A stretch of 63,235 nt of DNA, filler included, from Sphacelaria rigidula (Eukaryota): assembly GCA_964200075.2 (NCBI GenBank). It is 6 parts of 6 records of this genome, joined end to end, with 100 filler letters (N's around TTAATTAATTAA, not from the genome) between each part and the next. Parts side by side here need not be neighbours in the genome. Positions count along the whole stretch, not along the records: positions 21,116 to 31,571 come from CAXNAA020006457.1; positions 31,672 to 42,126 come from CAXNAA020006458.1; 4 more parts are not named here. The stretch is one strand, 5' to 3'. Below, one piece after another: positions 23,931-35,139 of the stretch. The notes under the pieces are model-generated. The model saw nothing but the letters and a program-made list of their open reading frames with translations, searched no databases and was not told where the DNA came from. Within the stretch, counting starts at the first letter, position 1, and each line of letters opens with the position of its first letter. Both the position numbers and the translations under genes were made by a program.

Positions 23931-24782
23931 TCGAGAGTACCTCCAGCTTGTTTGATCTGAGTTTCAAAGTGGGATGTAATCAGGGTACTGGGATATATCC
24001 CAATCCTAGTACTTGTTGGGGGTCTGGTATCTTTGAGGTCTTTTGCCGGCTCACCGACACGAAATAATGCCTCCAACACGGGATTGTAGCCTGAAGCCAA
24101 GTTCAACACCCTTGACTAAATAAAGTACCACACGTTTGTGCCAGGCGATCTGCACTGTAAACCTTCCAGGCGTCCCACGATCGTATCTCTTGTCTTCTTG
24201 CCCCACTGCTGTACTGGTCACTTTCGTCTAGGGAGGTTATTTTCACCGTGTAAGGTTCAAGCACGACTTGCAAAACACAAGGTGTGACACACACCGGAAT
24301 GTCCCGCACATCATCTCTCCCTCTCACTCCGTATACGGTTCACCACGGGATGCTCCCGAGTAGACCTTCGCTGCCGAAATATTTGCCAACAGCTTCCCCA
24401 CACTTCAATAGCTCAAGAAGTCTACGTACCGCTATGTGCTCCTTCTCGTTGGTCATGTGATCGGGAATCTCAAGAGAATGTCTTACCAGGTTTTCACGCT
24501 CCATTGGAAACCGGTAAGGTTTCCCGTGTATCTCACAACGAGACCCAACCTTCATGTGAATTCAACATGTCGGGGTGACCCTATCCTATCCGTACTTGTC
24601 ATATCTTTTATAGTTTCGATATGCATGTAAGGTGGCCGAACTTCACGCTATAAATTAGATATCTGGGGTTTGGTTTGGTTTTCATGTCTTGCCTTTGTTT
24701 TGATATGGGGAAATAGAACAGATTTTTCCTCGCTGTTTCATGCGTATATCTGGGATGCGTTCTACTTAATGCAACGAAGGAC

Positions 24783-25086
24783 GGTTACTTTTTGCTATTC
24801 CATGTCCATGTCTGGGCCGTGTTATGGTAAGGTGAATAAAAGGGATGGCTAGCTTCGTCGTTTAATGTCCATGTCCGGGCTGTGTCATGGTAGGTTAAAT
24901 GAAAGGACGATTAGCTTCGTCATTTCACGTCCATGCCCGGGCTGTGTGATGAATAGGTCAACGGGATAAATGGTTAGCTTTGCCATTCCATGCCTATGTC
25001 CGGGCTGTGTTATGGTAGGTTGAAGAAAAAAGTGGTTAGCTTCACCACTCCATGCCCATGTCCGGGCTTTGTTACGGTAGGTTAAC
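24783..25086. repeat. Minisatellite, 5 units of 62-64 bp
   Basis: Units start at 24783, 24847, 24909, 24972, 25034; core ggttagcttcgccattccatgtccatgtccgggctgtgttatggtaggt. Confidence 0.9.
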
Positions 25087-25293
25087 TCTTTGGGAACCAA
25101 TTGACGATTTTCCTTTCTGTGAATCGGCATCATTTTGACTCGACAATGAATGAAAATGATGCCGATTCACTAAAACAAACATTCCCAATGGGTTTCAAAA
25201 GGGTCGAAGAAAGACGTGCTCAGTTTCGTTCTTCGGGTGATGAGTTCGCAGGAACTCGCCCCGCTACCCACGACAAACGCCCAGCGCACTTAC

Positions 25294-28200
25294 CCGACCC
25301 GGCGTTACCCTTGGGTTCGCATCCCCTGATGGATTCACGGTCGAGGTTCCGCCAGCACTGTCCGGAGTGTGAGTGTTTCGGTCGTCACCACCCCTGCGAT
25401 TCCTGCTGTTTCTGTCGTCGGCACAGCCGTGCAGTTTCGTGTTCTCTCGTATCCACCGGGAGACTTCGGGCGGGACCTCTCCAAGCCCTGCCCACTTGTA
25501 CAATCCTCCCACCTCCCGCTCTGTAGATGTGGCTAAATCTTCGTAGCGGACGAGGAGGTACCTGTTCAAGTGGGGCCCAGGGATGAGGAAGGGGAGGGTA
25601 CCACGGACGAACACATTCCGGTTTCTGTAGATACCACTGCCCTACGCTGCAGCGTATCATTCGCACACACTGGACAATACAATATGTTTTCAATATATAT
25701 ATTGGTTGATCATATTGGAATATCGTGATATATTGCCGGCGTAATATATATATATATATGTACATATATATTCGATCACTTGGACTGCACATGTATTGCC
25801 CGCCCGATGTTATATCGATACCGTGGGATTGTACGTATGTTGTCCCATCAATATATATATTGGGGCCGTGTGGGCAACGACATATTGCACGATCAATATG
25901 TATATTCAAGTCGCACAGGTGAGAACATATTGACCGGTCAATATATATTGAGGCCGCGTGGGTGCTAACATATTGGCCGGGCGATATATCTTAGGGCCGT
26001 ATGGGTGCGGACGTATTGCCCCGTCAGTGTATCAGTATATGTGTATATCGGAGTAGCATGTGTGAGGATGAATTAGCACCCACGTAGGATACACTGGGTG
26101 GGGGCATCGATGTCGAGTATATGTTCCAACCAAACGAAGCATTCAAGTGCAGTACTCTGTTGCGTCCTGAAGATGATCCCGTCCAATGAATATCTCATTC
26201 GTGTAGTTCAAGAAGAAAATATTTGTACGTTGTATCAGCGTCCGGGATGTTGCACGAGAGGCATTTCGAATCATTCCGAGAAAGCAAATAGGCTAGAATC
26301 TTTGAGTCGCCCCTTCGGGATATTTCGGGGTCATTTTTCGAGTGAAAGTGATTCGATTCATGAGACCCCTGATCCTTTGGCCGTGAGGTTACGTCAGCTG
26401 ATGAATCGGCATCACTCTTACTTGTAGAATATTCCATGACTCAGGGCCGGCAAACAAACCGGCAACGCTGAAGGCCTCTCAAACTCGGGCTTCCGGTATA
26501 TTTACTGTAACTTACTGTTGAATATACCTGGAGCCTCGAACTCGAGATACCTCTGTTGTGTACGAACATGCCAGCTGTCAGTGCATGCATTATTTTGCGG
26601 CTGTCAGCTGCAAAACTAGTGAATGGCTGCCAGCTAGCTGCCCAAGGAAAAACATATTCCTGTGGCTCTCAGCTGTCCACGGGAAAACACGTATCTGCGG
26701 CTCTCAGCCATCTACAGACCCCCCCGCCAAACCCCTGCCTCCATCGCGAAACGCAAAAGCAAGGTGATCATCTGCGTCATAAAAAGACGGTAAAAAAACA
26801 GTAGAAAATGGACCCATTCATATTCAAGTAAAGCTGGTTGGCCGACCACTAGAGGGGAGAATGGTGGCTCGACAAGGTTGGGCCAAGGGGGCAGTTGTGG
26901 GATCACGCAGGGGTCTAGGGACGATGTATCGTCTTGCCACGCCAACCGGTTGCGGCAACAACCCGTGTACGGGAGGCCAAGACGGCAGTGGCCAACTTTG
27001 CGGTCCCGCAGGGACATTGGCTTTGCATGGTCCCGCCAACTTCGACGGCCGTGCTCTACAAATATGGCGTACGCTTTGAAAAAGATCCAAACGCGATGTG
27101 TGCCGGAGCCTATGCAAATTGGGAAATGCTCAAAAGGAAGCCGCAGAAGTTCGCGTGCATGACTACGGAGAGCTGTCGAATGAGTTTGTAGGAATTGGTC
27201 GGAAGATATCGTGACTTTTGAGTCATGCTACGATGGGGGGGGCGGGGGGGGGGGGGGGTGTTTGACTCCACCAAAAAATGGGCTCATATATACTTCAGAC
27301 GACCTAGCACACTCGCGGTGAGCTTGTATTCGCGTAAAAGCGGTGTCAAGCAGTATGGGTGAGCGCTATTCATCGGAAGCGAGCGCGTTTGAACAACCGT
27401 TGCTGCTATGAACGACGATTTCAAGTAGAATTTCATGGAAGAAAACGGCCCGAAATACCCCCCCTCCCCCATCGTAGCAGGACTCTTTTGATACCTATGC
27501 GGTAACCGGTGCGGTGCCGCTCACATGTAGTACATACTGGGCAAACATTCTGACGACAGGAAACGCGGGTCGGCATGCGCTTTTTGGTACCCCTCTGGTC
27601 ACCAGCTGGTCACCGGTGGTGGTGCCTATACCCTGGACAATACAATATGTTCCAACATGATACCAATACTGTATATTGGAAACAGCTCAAGTATTGTTCT
27701 CTCAAAATATATTGTGTTGAGATGTCCTTGGAGACATTGGACCAACAGTTCATATATCTCGTGTCATTATCGTGAAGTATTTTGCACGACAATATATATT
27801 GAACATTTGCTCCGGGAACAAAACGTTCAATATATATTGTTCATGTCGGTCGTGTAGGTATCGAAGTGTCGATATACTCCTGAGTATAGATTGAGCCGAA
27901 GCGATGCGTAACATACTGTTGCCAATATATATATATATATATTGAAGACTAACCATGAAAAAGTATTGTTTTACAATATATATTGCGCACGCTCATCGCA
28001 TAGATTTTATGCAGCCAATATATATAGGACATGCTCGTGCAGGAATATATTCGGAGTTTTCGGCATGTGGTGACACATCTTTCAGTGGCACACGCGAAAA
28101 TAATAGAGCCCACTAGACTAATTCTCATTGAATTTCCAATATACATATTGAATCAGTGATAAATATATATATATATATATATATGCTATTGCTCCATCAA

Positions 28201-31200
28201 TATATATATATATATGTTGTGACGTTGATTTCCTCGTGTATGGTTCACCCAAATATTGGATGTATTGACACATGACATGCTAGGGCGGCAATATATATTG
28301 GCGCTTCGGGTGTTGAGTATATTGAACCGTCGGTATAAATTGACCTCGTGTGGCAGTCAATGGATTACTCGACAAATATATGTTCGCACCTTACCGCACC
28401 AACATATTACTCGGCGGCCAACATATATTGAGGTGGCGCGTGTCGTGATATATTGTTCGGTCGATGTATATTGCATGTCGCGAGCCTTCACATATTGACG
28501 ACACAATATATGCTGGCCTATCTCTCGCGCCATCATATTGCTCGGCCAATATATGTTGAACACGCGACGCGTCGACATATTGAGCGGGCAACATATATAT
28601 ATATATATATATCATATTCTATGGTCCAGGGTGTGATCCTTCGAGTGCCAGTACGTGCAACGTCTTGTCCAAGTGTTCAATAATCGAGATACTTCTGTTG
28701 TTGAGGTACGACAGATTAATTCTCCGTTTCCCTTGAAACATGAGGATCGGGGGCGCCCTTCGGGTGGAAGCCGAAGGGGAGGGGCAAGGCAAACGAGGAT
28801 TCGGCCCTACCTAGCCATGTCTTAGTTTTTATCGCGGTTGCAGTCTCGGAGATCCTAGTTCAAAATCGGCAAGTCTTTCAAAATCTGGCTCTGAGCTGTA
28901 CTTGAACTCGCTCAGGAGAGCTCGGAATTGGCGAATCGTGACCAACGTTCAACGGTCGGCGCCCGCTACCATGCAATAACATCGGAGTACCTGGAGGTGT
29001 CGAGTCTCGTCGATATCTGTAGTTGCTTCCGATACACGCCGCAGATGCTGCAGAAGAGTACGGACGGAAGCAGTAGAAGTGAGGAATGGACACACCGCAA
29101 ATACATGAGGTTCCAAGGTCGCAACAGTTGGTCACATATACGCGAATATGAACGTCACAGCGGTCATCCATCATCTCATCATACTACCCTTGAGCATATG
29201 GTTAGGGTAACAACAGGTAGTGAGGAGTTCTTAACTTCCGAGTCAGCTCCTCCAAACGAATTCCCGCCGTAGGGCGCAACAGAAGACTCACCGCAAACAA
29301 ACGACCGACAAATTGTTTTACGGTGATTTAAACTTGACCTGTGAAATCGCAAGATGTTCATCTGTCGACTGGGGCTGAGACTCACATCATCCCAAGAACG
29401 CGGGCCCGCTCTTTCCCGGAGGGGGGCAACTCCGTTAACCTCAAATCCCTCCTTCGACTGCTGAGCCTGCCGTCGGCGCCACCAGCGTTGCCAGAAGAAT
29501 TGCCGCCGTTAGCATCGCCTGCATACTTGGCGCTACCGTGGTCGAAACGAGAATGATCCGTCTCTTCATCACGATTGCTCCCGAGCTTGTCACCTCCTGC
29601 TATAGCATCGTTGCTTGCAGCCTGCTGCCGACCTGCCACGTCTTCTGCAATCAACTCTGCGGCTCGTCCTGGAGGAATTTTGTTCGCGCATATATACGCC
29701 CGCGCACGCCCAGAGACACACAGACACAATTATATGCTTGGGGGAAACACGGAAATGTCGTGCGTGTGCTACTGTAATCAAGTCTCGAGCATACAAACGT
29801 GTGCGTATTGCCGTCTTCTGTGTTCTTTAGGAAATAAGACGGCGTGTATTTCACGGCGTCCTCAGAATATATATGTAAAATACGAACGTTTTCATTGTCT
29901 TCTGGAAATACGGGAGGGGCATACCTTGTCTTATGCGAAATATGTGCTCAAATGTTCATGAGCAGGAGAATATCCTCAAGCTCGTGCGAACACTATATTC
30001 TGCATTCACGGCAGGCGTACGTCTTGCGCAAAATATGCGCTTGGATGTTCGTAAGGAGAAGGATATTCCACAGACCGCACACAGACCGTGCCAGCATTAT
30101 CCAAGACTTGTGACTCTCAACCAAGCCTATGGGAAGAAGGTATGTTTACTTTTCATTGAAGGTTCTGGAGACCTTTCCGCGGTGACTCCCGCCGCCGTCG
30201 AATCTCCTATCGCTTCTGCTTCGGGCGAAAAGTAGCGCCGATACTTGTGCGCGACGTTAAACGTATCCATCTGAGAGTGGACAACCGCCCTAGGGTCGCG
30301 CACTAGATGCACGATGAGCATCCGACGACCGCCGGTGTCGCCTTCGTCCACCCCGTCCACCCCCATGTCGGCTCGAATAACCTTGACCACGACGGCCCTG
30401 CCAACCAAAAGTAGGCAGGCGCTTAAACGGTGTGCGGTGACCCTCGTTTCAGGTATTCTTCCTGCAGATTCCGAATTAACAGTTCCATGAACACGTTCAC
30501 CCCAGCACAATCCTATGGCATCTGCGTAGCTTCAGCGCCGGCGGCTTCATGGTAACGCGGTGCTACCGCAAACTAGGTGGATTTTAAGGGATAATGTTAT
30601 GACAAATGGAATTCGAGAACGCTGATACGCTACCGAGAAGAAAACAAATGCCCTGCCGCATCTTGAAACCTTCAATGTTTCGATAACTCTAGCTGACGGT
30701 ACCTGCTTTGCCGGCACTCCTCGAGAATCATATTGTGTGCGCGAGAAATCGCGTCTGCACTAGGGTGCGCGACGGCATCACGTAGCGGCCTGAGCTGCGG
30801 CGACCCGTGTCGGACCGCCTCGTCGTCGTGTGCTAAGCGCGCGGAATCTTCGACGGTGAACTCGCAACGTGCCAATCTGAGTGTATGCATTTTGATGTGT
30901 ACAGAGAGTCGAGCAGCAGGCATTCGAGGTCAGATTGGTAAAAAAAGTGAAACGGGTAACCGGGAGAAAAATACCTCCCAGGCTCTAAGCTTTCAGCTGC
31001 TAGTCTAGGTATTTGTTCACAGATGAAGAGGGATTCCGGTCAGCAAAAAAAATGCATCTCGCCGCATGCGGTGGAACGTCGACTGCGAACTTTGTGTGAG
31101 ATTTCCTTGTCTCGGCCTGCTCACTTGTTTCTTGCTCTGCAGCTCTTGGAACATGGCACGTGAACAATGTGCATTCGAGTCCCGCCTACCTTCTACCGTG

Positions 31201-31476
31201 ACTCAGAGTATACGTCCAGCGAGCAGTACGATCAAACCGCCTGCGTCTTGCTACTCCGAGAACAAAAAGCTGCGAGGCCGCTCTCGAACCTTACGGTATT
31301 TGGTCTTGCCGCCCCTGAGCTCTGCGGCTGTTACACAAACAGGACTAAACGTGTACTTCGCACCTGCGCACAAGATCTGCGCACTCCTCGCCAAATCGCT
31401 CCTGGTGATGAACAAGTGAACTATCGAAGAGTCCTTTTCCCTTGGCTCGACATGGCTCATAAAAGTACATGAAGTC
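25294..31476 (-). CDS. Carbohydrate sulfotransferase (CHST / Gal-GlcNAc-6-O-sulfotransferase-like, Sulfotransfer_1 fold), partial, 6 exons
   Basis: Minus-strand exons 31476-31364, 30876-30703, 30397-30150, 29668-29386, 29047-28991, 25561-25294 are phase-consistent with GT-AG introns. Motifs: DFMYFYEPC, RLARCEF, CRQSRAVVVKVIR, IVHLVRDPRAVVHS (3'-phosphate-binding), RYLLVRYEDL. The 5'-PSB loop exon and the C-terminus were not found in this contig. Confidence 0.9.
25664..28635. mobile_element. ~3-kb non-autonomous hAT-like TIR element inside a sulfotransferase intron
   Basis: TIRs cacacactggacaatacaatatg / catattctatggtccagggtgtg; 8-bp TSD atcattcg / atccttcg; ~43-bp catattg..caatatatattg subterminal repeats at both ends; an extra left-end copy at 27627. 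Confidence 0.78.
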
Positions 31477-31571
31477 CTACGAGAGGGAAATGGGGGGGGG
31501 GGGGGGGGGGGGAGCTTTTTTGTTGTTTTCGTTAGTGGTTTGAGCATTGTCCACACGTCCCTTTTGAGGGG

Positions 31572-31671
31572 NNNNNNNNNNNNNNNNNNNNNNNNNNNNN
31601 NNNNNNNNNNNNNNNTTAATTAATTAANNNNNNNNNNNNNNNNNNNNNNNNNNNNNNNNNNNNNNNNNNNN
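31572..31671. other. Artificial contig linker
   Basis: Same 100-bp linker. Confidence 0.98.
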
Positions 31672-31741
31672 CCCGGCTTTGTAGGGATGCGAGGTCAATG
31701 GTCTGATGACTATGGCATGCATGATCATGAGTACACCCCCC
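31672..31741 (+). mobile_element. Family 1 retroposon 3' end at contig start
   Basis: cccggctttgtagggatgcgagg..atgagtacacccccc. Confidence 0.75.
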
Positions 31742-31829
31742 AAAGGGTATTTGCAAGTGCATCATTCGAGCAGAAATCGTCCTTTTCCTTACCCCGAAAA
31801 CGAGGCAGAAAGATGCTATGCTTTCACCG

Positions 31830-32770
31830 ATACCCTTTGGGGGATCGAAAGACGTGAAACTCCCGAAAATAGGTTCTGGGAGGCTGAGGCGCATGAGGTC
31901 GTCGATACATATATGAAAGTAATTTGTCACAAGTTTAGGTCAGGGAGAGGACCGTTTTGGAGTTGGCACCCGTTTGAAGAGAGTCTCCTCGAAAATGGGA
32001 TTGAACTTGTAAAATGCAGTTCAACTCCAGAACAGTGATCTCCCCGACCTAACCCACGACGGACGACTTTCATATGACGACCTCATAGCCCGGACCTTCT
32101 TGAAATTATTTTGGTGAAATTCCCGTCTTCCCTCAAAGGATGTGTGTGAGAGGTTAGTTGTTTGGAAACAACTAATTACACACGATTCTGAAAGAGTAGT
32201 TGTTTGGAAACAACTAGTAACAGCCTGGATCCTTTTTTGAGGTAACAGCCTGGATCCTTTTTCGAGGTTCAACATTTAGGTGAGGTTCAACTCGAAAACA
32301 GTGCTTTCCCTGACCTAAAGTTGTGATGAATGGATTTCATATGGACGACCTCATGCCCCCCAACCTCCTTAAAACTATATATGGGGGTTGTCCGTCTCCC
32401 GTGCCCCCAAAGCGTATGTGCGAAAGCGCCTTTTTGCCTCGATATCGGAGCGAAAAGGGGGACGTTTTCAGCCCGAAATTGGTGCTTCCGCAGATGCGCT
32501 TTGGGGGCACGGAAGGCAGGCAACCCCCCAAAATAATTTTTAAGGAGGTCGGGGAGCATGACGTTGCCCATATGAAATTCATTGGTCATGATTTGAGGTC
32601 AGCGGAAGCACTGTTTTCGAGTTGAACCTCACCCAAATGTTGAACCTCACAAAAGTATCCAGGTTGTTTAGTTTCGCACGATTTTGGAAAAGTAGTTGCT
32701 TGGAAACAACTAGCTGCATAATGTACGATTCTGAACAGTTATACTAGTTGTTTGAGAAACAACTACCAAC
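31830..32770. repeat. Modular foldback repeat: a ~150-bp module four times in mixed orientation, including a 425-bp palindrome 32244-32668
   Basis: Arms 32244-32430 and 32481-32668 are imperfect reverse complements; the module edge recurs at 52620-52681; tagttgtttggaaacaacta-type palindrome occurs 4 times. Confidence 0.85.
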
Positions 32771-33830
32771 TATTGTAGTTGTACAGGGTGTGAAAACTTA
32801 GTGTGATCGGAATCATGATAAAATAGTTTTTTTTTTCTGTTTTCCCGACGGAGAATGCAAAGGCAAACAGAAATCTCAACAATAATTATCTATAGATTGT
32901 ACAGTATATTTCATTGCAAGCTGAAGTGCACTCTACTACTTCCACAGTGGACGAGGTCAAGGAGAAGCATGCACTAACACATAGATAGATGCATCAATAG
33001 TTCATTGATAACACAGCAGATACGTCAAAAAGTGTACGGCGTACAGCATCGACTATTGCGCCTATTAATAGTGCACTTCTAAACAGTATAATTTACTGTA
33101 CGCGGTGCCAGAAAAAAAACATCCGAAGCCCTATTATGTACCCCGCCCCCCCCTCCTCCGCCGGTCGTAGATTTTTTTTTTGCACGTCAAGAAACACCCA
33201 ACAAATACTCGTAGCCATTTGGGGCGACTTGGGTGACGTACGTAGCGCCCATGATTGTTGGTCCTATCTGCCACCACAACAAGGTGCGACGCACATTGGG
33301 CGCAAATTGGCGGTGCAGATAGATGCGTTTAGCTTGAATGAGCAAGCATTGCCGAGCATTGTGGCATTTTTCTGGTCTTGTTCTCGTCGTGGAAGTGTGA
33401 TATGTAATGTATTGCCGAAACCCATAAATATAACTTGACGTTACTTGGCTCCGAAGGTATGCGAAGAATTATTGTTTCATTATTAACACGATTTTTTATT
33501 TTTCATGTACGCATTAGTTTTTTAGTTTATTTATTTAATTTTTATTCATCGACAAATATTATTTATTATTATATGACCATATTTATGTGTGATATTTAGT
33601 GACCCCCTCCCCCGAAAAACTCCAGGATTAAAACAAGAGGCATAGGGTCAGGAGAGGGTCTGAGATTTTTTCTTTCGGGCACCCTTGTACACAGTAAGTA
33701 CACTTCTGATAAGGTAATTTGATGTACAGTGTGTGAAGTCATGTCTACAATAATATGTTCAACTGCGACTACTCGTGTACAGTACTCTGTACCTCTCCTC
33801 GATCTCCATGAGCCCTCCGCGCATACTCAC

Positions 33831-34574
33831 CTCTAGAAAGTCTTCTGGAGGCTGGTACACGGTAATGTTCACGCACTCCTCCTCGTAGCATGTCTCGTTT
33901 CCAACCAGAAGGCATGCGAAGTACAGCCCAGGCTCGCTCAAGAGCATGGAGGCCGTGCCGGCAATGGATGCGTTGCTCGTTGCCGTTGGTTCCTCCTGAT
34001 CAAGTGATGCAGTATACCACCATGTGCTAGAATTGACCAGCACAGGGGGTAACGCCTGTTGCCGAGTTTCCTCTTGGTAAAAGGTATCATTCGTGTGAGC
34101 CGTGTACGCCTCGTAGCGGATCGCACAGGACGCAGGCAAAGCTTCGTCCTGCGAGGTCTGTGGGACGTAATCCGACGTCGTGTGTGACGTCGATGACGTC
34201 GTTTCCGATGGCGGGCTCTCCGCTCGTGTCGTGTCGTTGTCGGCGCTGCTGTCGTCGTCGAATCGCCATGTTTCAGTGGCGGCTTCGTCCCACGAAACCA
34301 CGATTAGGTGCAGCCTATTGATGTCTCCCGTTGCGATTTCCCACGAGACATTGGTCAATTCTCGCGCGTGCCACGCTGTCGACGAGAGGAATTGCCCACT
34401 ATTCGTCATGCTCGAGTTTTTTACACGGGGGATTCCTGTTGCAGCCTGTGCTTCATGTTGATGCGCCATGGATACCGCCAACACTATCGCGAGCAATGTG
34501 GAAGCGGACGGCCCCCATAATGGAAACAAGCACCTGCCACATATCGACCACTTTGTTCCCTCTGTCTGCGCCAT
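33831..34574 (-). CDS. First exon (248 aa) of a secreted or membrane glycoprotein with a PKD/Ig-like domain; possible second exon 33267-33209
   Basis: ATG at 34574; hydrophobic LLAIVLAVSMA followed by AQA; 8 N-x-S/T sequons; PGLYFACLLVGNETCYEEECVNITVYQP resembles PKD-domain C-terminal strands; GTGAGT donor after ...EDFLE. Confidence 0.75.
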
Positions 34575-35139
34575 GGTCCTCCACTCTTTTACGATTGGCG
34601 CTGGGGTCGTCTACCTACGTACAACTCATCATTTGCGCTGGGCCCCAGGTTCAAAGTCCGAAAGTTTTGAAGGTCTTACGGTTTCAGGGGCTCGAGGAGC
34701 TGAGGGCCGTGTTGTCTGAACTGCCCTGTTTTGGACAGCAGTGTTTGGGTAACAGCAGCACAACGTACACCCTTCAGACTATGTACGCCTTTTTTGGCCA
34801 CAGAGGGGCTCCTCTGTCCGCTTTTCTATTGCCTTTTCTTTTTCCTTCTTGCATGGTCAGTACAGCGATTCCTCATTGTACAAATACTGTACTGTGTGTT
34901 GCGTTTGCGGTTGGATATTTGATACTAAGGATCCGAGCAAAATACCCAAGGCATGCGGTCAGAGCAGCTAGATTTCGGCTAAAGTGATGATTGAACCTTG
35001 CGCCCTCGACAATCTAGTCTCAATAGTTTGCTCTCAATATTTGAAATATGAAACTATTCCGAAAACCCTAGGTCGTCCCCCCGCAGTGAGCTTACAGTGG
35101 TGGAACTTTGGCCAGGGGACTGCACATGAGTAACACCTG
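34575..35139. promoter_or_regulatory. Putative bidirectional promoter / 5' UTR region
   Basis: 565 bp between divergent ATGs at 34574 (-) and 35140 (+); positional inference only. Confidence 0.45.

Noticed and set aside
23108-23960. Hydrophobic, membrane-protein-like plus-strand ORFs
   Set aside because: Antisense of the purine-rich LINE ORF2
24783-25086. CRISPR-like array (conserved ~49 bp plus variable ~13 bp)
   Set aside because: Repeats are degenerate, the 'spacers' are too short and similar in composition, there are no cas genes, and the context is eukaryotic
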